A DNA stretch of 13,044 nt. It comes from Pseudobacteriovorax sp. GTDB taxonomy: Bacteria; Bdellovibrionota_B; Oligoflexia; Oligoflexales; Oligoflexaceae. How positions within the stretch are numbered: position 1 is the stretch's first letter; every line of letters starts with the position of its first letter. Positions 7,511 through 13,044 of the stretch are shown here, in pieces. The position numbers and the translations under genes were made by a program. The stretch lies in contig JBNKNM010000160.1 of the NCBI GenBank assembly GCA_050293845.1, forward strand, positions 1-13,044. The letters are read 5' to 3'. The notes beneath the pieces were generated by a model. That model searched no databases, was not told the origin of the DNA, and saw only the letters and a list, made by a program, of their open reading frames with translations.

Positions 7511-8872
7511 TCAGCCTTTTTTTGCAAAAGGATAATAATCTTCCTTGAGAAACGGGCTACTTAGTTGACAAACTACGATACTATTGCCGTGCTCAGAAGA
7601 ACGAATATCGACGACCTTTCCATAGACTTCCATTTTTTCTCGCGTATCAATCACTCTGATTAGGCCAAAATTTGCTAAACGTGTTTCTGTTTGAATTTCT
7701 ACTAAATCGTGCTCCCAGGCAGTGATTGTTCCCGAAAATTCAAGCTCACTATAAGAGAAACGATGGGTGGGGGAAATGTATATATTTTTATCATTTTTTT
7801 TCCCTTTTTTAGTTAAATATGTAGTTAGAATCAGCTCGGGAAGGTTTTTGGGAATTTGCGCAAGGGATTCGACGCGTCGCCCTGAGGAGAAGTTGCGGAA
7901 GCTTGGTAACTGTTCTTCCTTAGCTCCAACAACTACAATTGTACTGTTTTCAGGAATATAATTAACCATCTCCTGAAATCTGGACATGGCTTCGCCTTCA
8001 CAAAGGCGATACTCAATAAAAACCAAACGTGGGGTGAAGTATTTAGGTTCACTCACTAGGCTTTTTTTCTGTAAAGCAGTGTGGACATCATATAATTCGG
8101 GGTTAAGATATTTTAGTAAAGTATTTCTAAGTGCCGGAGACTGGATTGCTAGAAAAACTTTTGTTCTAGACCCAATATTGTGTTCTCGTAGCTCGTCGAT
8201 AACATCGCTGATCTTTTCTGATTGCGTTGACTTTGCGAGCCAGTCGCAAACCATGCCCTCAGAAAACCGATAGACAAGATTATTTTGTTCATGGGAACAT
8301 ACTTTGAGCTCTAAACTAGAGCATCCCATATCTTCTGCAAGACACCCTACTAATTTAAGGGAGTCAGAAGTTTTGGGTCGGGCTCGACTTTCGACCCAAA
8401 TCTGTTCTCCATTTATCCAGGCTATTCTGGAAGGTATAAAAATTTTGATGGCTGTAGGAGCCTTGGCTTTCTCTGTGTGAAAAACATTATCAGCACTCTT
8501 GCTTGCCGTTGAAAATTGAAACCTCGCTAACCATTTATTGTCATCAAGAGTGATGGGTATGATATCGCGAAACCCATTTCCTGCAGCATAGCGACAAAGG
8601 TTGACACTCATCTCTGACTGGGAAAGTATTAGCCTTGCCCCTTGTATGACTGGCAAATTAGATAAGATATCTATGGCTTCCACACAAGCAGACTCTTCTC
8701 CTTCATCCCCAATGATGACAATCGATACCCTCTTTGCATTAAGGCTTGCGGTCAACTCTTGAATCGATGCAAAGAAAGTCACATCAAAGTCAATATCAGC
8801 CAGAAGTTGTGCTCGGGCTTCATGGAGAGGTTTTGTCTTGTTAACTAGCCAATAAATACCTTGGCGTTTCAT
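7511..8872 (-). CDS. Hypothetical protein with two degenerate receiver(CheY)-like domains, each followed by a beta-rich domain
   Basis: Start re-placed at ATG 8872 (GGAGA RBS). REC-like patterns are KRVSIVIIGD...ARLILS...GFRDIIP and KVFLA...PRLVFIE...TIVVVG. The phospho-accepting Asp is not clearly conserved. Confidence 0.6.
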   Translation of the reverse strand: MKRQGIYWLVNKTKPLHEARAQLLADIDFDVTFFASIQELTASLNAKRVSIVIIGDEGEESACVEAIDILSNLPVIQGARLILSQSEMSVNLCRYAAGNGFRDIIPITLDDNKWLARFQFSTASKSADNVFHTEKAKAPTAIKIFIPSRIAWINGEQIWVESRARPKTSDSLKLVGCLAEDMGCSSLELKVCSHEQNNLVYRFSEGMVCDWLAKSTQSEKISDVIDELREHNIGSRTKVFLAIQSPALRNTLLKYLNPELYDVHTALQKKSLVSEPKYFTPRLVFIEYRLCEGEAMSRFQEMVNYIPENSTIVVVGAKEEQLPSFRNFSSGRRVESLAQIPKNLPELILTTYLTKKGKKNDKNIYISPTHRFSYSELEFSGTITAWEHDLVEIQTETRLANFGLIRVIDTREKMEVYGKVVDIRSSEHGNSIVVCQLSSPFLKEDYYPFAKKG

Positions 8873-8913
8873 ATCTTCTCCCTGGAAAATTGAATTCCAG
8901 CATATGAAATTAT

Positions 8914-8940
8914 GCATCGGTTTGTCTAAGGCAGAATTAA
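8914..8940 (-). promoter_or_regulatory. sigma28-like promoter upstream of the pseudo-receiver gene
   Basis: Minus strand TTAA-N15-ACCGATGC, about 40 nt upstream of ATG 8872. Confidence 0.35.
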
Positions 8941-9025
8941 GATTCTCGCCTGGATACTAAGAAGCCACAATCTAATTAGCTGATAATATAAGCCAAAGGT
9001 GCTGGGAATAATTATCCTAGCGACT

Positions 9026-10066
9026 TTATAGCTTTTCTGCAGCTTCCAGCAATAGGCTTTCGGTTTGCGAGAAGCTAATACAAGCATCAGTGACACTTTG
9101 GCCGTATGTCATGTGCGAAGTGTTTATCTTTTGGTTACCCTCAACCAAAAAACTTTCTAGCATCATACCCATAATATGGTGATGATCTGCTCGAAATTGT
9201 TCGATGAGATGATGGAAAACTTCGGGCTGTTGCCGGTAGTCCTTATTACTGTTACCATGACTGCAATCAACCATAATCAACCTTTTGTTGGAATCATCTC
9301 CCAATAGCGACTGGGCTTTCAGCAAGGACTCTTTGTCATAGTTTGATCCTTGAACTCCGCCACGGAGGATGATGTGAACATCAGGATTCCCGGCTGTTTT
9401 TACAATCGCTGTTCGTCCCGATTTGTCAATTCCAAGAAATCCGTGCTGTGACTGCGCTGAAATCATAGCGTTACTGGCTACTTCTAAGCTTCCATCAGTA
9501 GCATTCTTAAAACCAACTGGCATGGATAGTCCACTAGCCAATTCACGATGGGTTTGGCTTTCTGTGGTGCGTGCGCCAATAGCAACCCAGCTCACTAAAT
9601 CTGCAAGATAGTGAGGTACGATTGGGTCTAAGAACTCAGTGGCGCTAGGGAGCCCAATATAAGCAATATCGCTTAACATTTTTCTGGCCAAAAACAAACC
9701 CCTTTCGATATCTATGGAGCCATCTAAGTGAGGATCATTGATAAGACCCTTCCAGCCCACAGTGGTACGAGGCTTTTCAAAGTAAACACGCATGACCACA
9801 AAGATTTTTTCGCTAACTTTTTCAGCAAGCGCTTTTAATTTTCTTGCATATTCTAAGCCAGCATTGGGATCGTGGATGGAGCATGGTCCCACGATTACCA
9901 GCAGTCGTTTATCGCTACCACCCATGATATTTCGTATATGTTCCCGATATTCTGATATTTTTTCTATAATTTCTAGGGAATTAGGGATTTCTTTGCGGAG
10001 GTTTTCGGGGCAGATTAATGGCTCGAAACTTTTCACATGTATATCATCAGTTTTGGGATAACTCAT
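9026..10066 (-). CDS. aroF: 3-deoxy-D-arabino-heptulosonate 7-phosphate synthase, type I-alpha
   Basis: Motifs VGPCSIHD, MRVYFEKPRTTVGWKGLINDP, AIGARTTESQTHRELASGLSMPVGFKN, HIILRGG, VDCSHGNS and YGQSVTDAC. The QTHRE/SMPVG variant is more AroF-like, but feedback specificity is not established. Start is ATG 10066 or TTG 10072. Confidence 0.93.
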   Translation of the reverse strand: MSYPKTDDIHVKSFEPLICPENLRKEIPNSLEIIEKISEYREHIRNIMGGSDKRLLVIVGPCSIHDPNAGLEYARKLKALAEKVSEKIFVVMRVYFEKPRTTVGWKGLINDPHLDGSIDIERGLFLARKMLSDIAYIGLPSATEFLDPIVPHYLADLVSWVAIGARTTESQTHRELASGLSMPVGFKNATDGSLEVASNAMISAQSQHGFLGIDKSGRTAIVKTAGNPDVHIILRGGVQGSNYDKESLLKAQSLLGDDSNKRLIMVDCSHGNSNKDYRQQPEVFHHLIEQFRADHHHIMGMMLESFLVEGNQKINTSHMTYGQSVTDACISFSQTESLLLEAAEKL

Positions 10067-10170
10067 ATCCAACCCCTTTATTCTTTAAAATAGGCTTGAC
10101 TATAAGGGAAACAAAGACTGCTTACAATTCAACATCTTGATTTCGGGTTCTGGAAACTACAATCTTGTTG

Positions 10171-10201
10171 AAAAACAAGAGCCACCGGGATTCGATGGCT
10201 C
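10171..10201 (-). terminator. Rho-independent terminator about 105 nt upstream of the DAHP synthase gene, same strand
   Basis: Minus strand GAGCCATCG-AATCC-CGGTGGCTC-TTGTTTTT. The 9-bp stem has one G-U pair that forms only on the minus strand. Confidence 0.7.
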
Positions 10202-10270
10202 ATCTAAGAGGATAAAAGTACAAGGTTCATGTTTACTTTCGATAAACTCTAAGTCTTCTGACATAACTTT

Positions 10271-10298
10271 TTTTCGGTATTCTCGACCTCAAAACTGA
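10271..10298 (-). promoter_or_regulatory. sigma28-like promoter upstream of the terminator / DAHP synthase leader
   Basis: Minus strand TCAG-N16-ACCGAAAA. Confidence 0.3.
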
Positions 10299-10519
10299 AT
10301 GTGGTATAAATAATTCAATTATTTTAGCTAGTTAAATACGGTTAAATTTTGATATGAGGTACTACCTCTAAATATCGAATATTTATGGATTATTTTCACT
10401 ACAATGCATTGGAATGATTTCCATTTTGAAACTAACCTTCGCAGGTACGAAAAATGGGGTTTATATATCTGCTTTTACTTGAAAAAATAAGAAACTTCAT
10501 TACCAAGTTAAAAAGATCC

Positions 10520-10547
10520 TCAAGGCTTAATTTAAAACAGCCGATAC
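10520..10547 (+). promoter_or_regulatory. sigma28-like promoter upstream of the TIGR02147 gene
   Basis: TCAAG-N15-GCCGATAC, 21 nt upstream of ATG 10569. The -10 box matches GCCGATAA at 7 of 8 positions. Confidence 0.55.
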
Positions 10548-10568
10548 GGTGAGCAAGGACGGGTCTGT

Positions 10569-11444
10569 ATGAGTAAATCAGAATTTCATAAGATTGCGCT
10601 AGAAATTAAGCCTAGCCGTTTTATTGATTACAAAAATTACCTGAAAGAGATGTACCTCCATGCAAAGCAGCATTTCGGTAGGTACTCCTACATCAAGTTT
10701 ACAGAGGAACTTGGCTTAGGGCACTGTAATGCCATGTATTTGATAATCCATGGGAAGCGTCCTTTAACTTTAAAAGCTGCCAAGAGAATTGTGCAGGCCT
10801 TAGGGTTAGTTGGTATCGAAAGACAGTATTTTTTGAAACTCGTTGAGGTTTCAAAGGTTACTGATCCTGCGGAACGAGACAAGGCATTTGACGCGCTGCT
10901 TCAGGTTAAAAGTCGCGCCTTACCCCGAGATATCGATAAGGATCACCTAAAATTTTACACAGAGTGGTACCATGGGGCTATCTTAGAGCTTTTAGGTCAA
11001 AGGCACTCTAGCGGTGATCCAGAGTGGTTAGCAAAAACATTAATACCGCGCATCACACCTACCAAAGCACAACAAAGCCTTGAGCTTCTTGAAAAAATTG
11101 GTTTTGTGAAACACGATTCAGATACAAATCGATTGGTTCCTTCACAAGAACATATTTCAACTGGGCCCGAAGTCATTGGCATGGCCGTGATTTCTTACCA
11201 TCAGCAGATGATTCAATTAGCAAAAGAATCATTAACCCGGATTGATCCCTTCGACAGAAATATTTCAAGTGTAACCATCTCTCTTAATCGCGCAGAACAA
11301 GAATTACTCAAACAAAAAATGGATGAGTTTAGACGCGAGATCATTGGAATGTCAGAAGAAAGCGCAGCAGATAAAGATGTTATGCAGGTTAATCTGCAAA
11401 TGTTTCCGCTGGCAAAAACAGGAAAGGAACCAAGTGATGAGTAA
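10569..11444 (+). CDS. TIGR02147 family / DUF4423 domain protein (N-terminal HTH-like, putative regulator)
   Basis: Family motifs DYKNYLKE, YSY..F.EELGL, IIHGKRPLT, E..YF..LV, WYH.AILEL, DPEWLAK.L.P.IT, YHQQMI.LA.ESL, RNISSVTI and VMQVNLQMFPL. Confidence 0.9.
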   Translation: MSKSEFHKIALEIKPSRFIDYKNYLKEMYLHAKQHFGRYSYIKFTEELGLGHCNAMYLIIHGKRPLTLKAAKRIVQALGLVGIERQYFLKLVEVSKVTDPAERDKAFDALLQVKSRALPRDIDKDHLKFYTEWYHGAILELLGQRHSSGDPEWLAKTLIPRITPTKAQQSLELLEKIGFVKHDSDTNRLVPSQEHISTGPEVIGMAVISYHQQMIQLAKESLTRIDPFDRNISSVTISLNRAEQELLKQKMDEFRREIIGMSEESAADKDVMQVNLQMFPLAKTGKEPSDE

Positions 11445-12513
11445 TCTGTGGTTACTGACCCTGATTTTAATAGCTTCCTGCGCCATAGAAGTAGGAAACC
11501 CGCACCCGACTTCAACGGGAGGTGGTAAATCAGCGGTACAGTTGACATTACAATCAAATGGAGATTTAGCTGTCGATCAAGTCGATCTCAACCTTGTCGG
11601 GTTAAAACTAATCCGCCGTGATGCTGAAACCCGTAATATTAGTTTCTCAAGTTTTAAGGAAATTACAATTAAAAAATCCCAAGGCGAAGCTTTTCGGATT
11701 TATAAAGGAAGTACTCAAAAAACAGGAAACTATGACAGAGTTCGTATGTATTTTAACAAAGAAAATTTTGGGAAAGTGATCTCAAAGCAGCAAGAGTATC
11801 CTCTTTCCCTAGGTCAGCAAGAAAGTTTTCTGGATGTTCCGATTCAATTCAGTTTACGCTATGGTGAATTAACTAAAATTAACCTAACTATAGATGCAGC
11901 CGATATTATTCAAGAGATAAAGGACGGTTCAGGTCAGGTCACATCATATCAGGTCAATGCTAACCAGATGAGTGCAGAAGCAAATTCAGAGGTTGAAGAT
12001 GTCCGTGTGATTACTGATGAGCCAGCTTACAAAAAATTTAGGATAGCTGTTAGCAAAGTCAATGATGGTAGCGAATTTCACATGCAGAGACTTGCATTAA
12101 TGGTCAATGGGACCTGGGAAACGAGTGTGGTTGAAAAGGGGGATGGAGTTACTGACCTGGGAAATAATAAATCTGGCCTCAATATTGGCTCCTATAGTGT
12201 CATTGTTTCGGCATCTGGAAACTCAAAAGATGCTTGGCGGATATTTGCCAACGATGAGATCGTCAGGAATATTTACGAATCGAATGGAGAATATAATAAC
12301 GATGGTATCCATAGAAATGGAAGTGCAGAATACGTAGAAATTGAATTCTACCAAGATGTTTCCATCACAGGTTATGAATTTTCTGGAGATGATAATAAAA
12401 ACTGCGCTGATGACTATGAAATGCAAGCCACGGTAGATGGTGTTAGCTGGGTCACTATTGAAGGTTCTCGGTCAACTTTTGAAGCCTGTGAATTAGTTAA
12501 TGTTAATTGGTAA
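11437..12513 (+). CDS. Lipoprotein with DUF4382-like N-terminal domain and discoidin/F5-8 type C-like C-terminal domain
   Basis: The likely true start is ATG 11437 (AAGGA RBS, 8-nt overlap ATGAGTAA with the upstream stop). Lipobox LIAS-C. DUF4382-like VDQVDLNLVGLKL...GNYDRVRM...FSLRYGELTKINLTID. Discoidin-like SAS...AW..F...EYVEIEF...ITGY...YEMQATVDGVSWVTI. Confidence 0.75.
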   Translation: MSNLWLLTLILIASCAIEVGNPHPTSTGGGKSAVQLTLQSNGDLAVDQVDLNLVGLKLIRRDAETRNISFSSFKEITIKKSQGEAFRIYKGSTQKTGNYDRVRMYFNKENFGKVISKQQEYPLSLGQQESFLDVPIQFSLRYGELTKINLTIDAADIIQEIKDGSGQVTSYQVNANQMSAEANSEVEDVRVITDEPAYKKFRIAVSKVNDGSEFHMQRLALMVNGTWETSVVEKGDGVTDLGNNKSGLNIGSYSVIVSASGNSKDAWRIFANDEIVRNIYESNGEYNNDGIHRNGSAEYVEIEFYQDVSITGYEFSGDDNKNCADDYEMQATVDGVSWVTIEGSRSTFEACELVNVNW

Positions 12514-12611
12514 CTTGTTTCTATGAGAATTAGAGTTTGCAAATGAATTCACATATTCTTCAACATTTGTAGTGATGTCAATCTAATACGACTGATTTTA
12601 GATCGTGATAT

Positions 12612-12642
12612 AATGCCCCAAATGAGATTTTTTTGGGGCATT
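12612..12642. terminator. Inverted repeat, probable terminator downstream of the lipoprotein gene
   Basis: AATGCCCCAAA-N9-TTTGGGGCATT is a perfect 11-bp stem with no strong U-tract. Confidence 0.5.
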
Positions 12643-12826
12643 GCTATGACCAACGATTTTCTTAAGATATTTTCGGAGGGTGGGGATAGTTTTAAAAAGT
12701 TGTTTCCTCCTACGATAACGACCACTGCAATAAGCAAGAATCAGCCATTTTAAAGTGTGGTGATCCTGAGTTTGGTTTTTCTTAATACCTTTGTCTTAGC
12801 AGCGGCAATTCCAGCGAGGTCATGTC

Positions 12827-12972
12827 TCATTCTTGCAAGTTTAAGCGTTGTCTCAGATGTGGCAGGGTATAGAGAATTTTGCGGAGCCCATAGCGGGCAA
12901 GCTTTACGAGGATGTTGATGACCGCCATGTTGTACTGGCTATTGCATCGCAGCTTTGACGAATTTTCTTCAT
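12827..12972 (-). pseudogene. Possible ISAs1-type transposase C-terminal remnant
   Basis: The minus frame reads (D)EENSSKLRCNSQYNMAVINILVKL, spaced like the ISAs1 C-terminal EDxSxxxxxNxxxNxAxL motif as recalled. The match is short and degenerate. Confidence 0.25.
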
Positions 12973-13044
12973 CAAACTTCTCCAGGAAACCTGGTCTCTT
13001 TAGGGCCGGGAGGAATGGAGAAGCCCTGCGGCGAGCATCGAATC
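12973..13044. mobile_element. IS200/IS605-superfamily element end (TnpA Y1-type hairpin), cut by window edge; compatible with an IscB/IsrB-type element
   Basis: TTCAT (12968-12972) is followed by CAAA CTTCTCCA GGAAA CCTGGTCT-CTTTA-GGGCCGGG AGGAA TGGAGAAG: an inner imperfect hairpin with a CTTTA loop and 5' GAAA, enclosed by an 8-bp outer stem. The minus frame reads ...ASPFLPALKRPGFLEKF, resembling ORF tails that run through such ends. Confidence 0.7.

Noticed and set aside
10204..10264. Classical Phe/Tyr/Trp leader peptide for the DAHP synthase
   Set aside because: Neither uORF has clustered aromatic codons. It is kept only as a generic leader/sRNA finding.
11323..11436. ORF-track start of the lipoprotein at 11323 (likewise the extended starts at 1605, 1737, 4738, 5996 and 8917)
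   Set aside because: Downstream ATGs have RBS motifs, expose proper signal peptides or family N-termini, and avoid long overlaps.
134..12426. Short alternative-frame or antisense ORFs in the track (134-379, 956-1195, 1247-1621, 1834-2043, 3197-3728, 4491-4852, 7767-8273, 9423-10061, 10688-11557, 12107-12426)
   Set aside because: They overlap well-supported genes, have no recognisable motifs, and look like shadow ORFs.
12549..12737. 62-aa minus ORF
   Set aside because: It has a TTG start without an RBS, crosses an inverted repeat, and has no recognisable features.
1..13044. CRISPR array, tRNA/rRNA, prophage or defence genes
   Set aside because: No regularly spaced repeats, cloverleaf or rRNA-like sequence, or such protein motifs were seen.

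Overview
A mostly chromosomal, gene-dense window. The gene families present (TIGR02147/DUF4423 protein, TPR + winged-helix regulator, pseudo-receiver protein) suggest Bdellovibrionota/Oligoflexia, which is an inference. In order: the 3' part of pspF; an acidic lipoprotein with a C-terminal SH3-like domain; the SrkA/RdoA kinase; nadA; a two-gene minus-strand unit; a DUF420 membrane protein; a tandem-FHA protein; a possible 45-aa membrane protein; a double pseudo-receiver protein; a type I-alpha DAHP synthase with a terminator in its upstream region; a TIGR02147 protein overlapping a DUF4382-like/discoidin-like lipoprotein; and, at the right edge, an IS200/IS605-type end hairpin next to TTCAT, compatible with an IscB-type element. 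The two-gene unit has a sigma54-like promoter, a TPR-wHTH regulator, a secreted protein whose mature N-terminus is a twice-repeated GDGTLPF peptide, and a terminator. The best candidates for undescribed systems are this TPR-wHTH/GDGTLPF unit (possible peptide signalling) and the TIGR02147-lipoprotein pair. All family calls come from motif recognition by eye; no searches were run.
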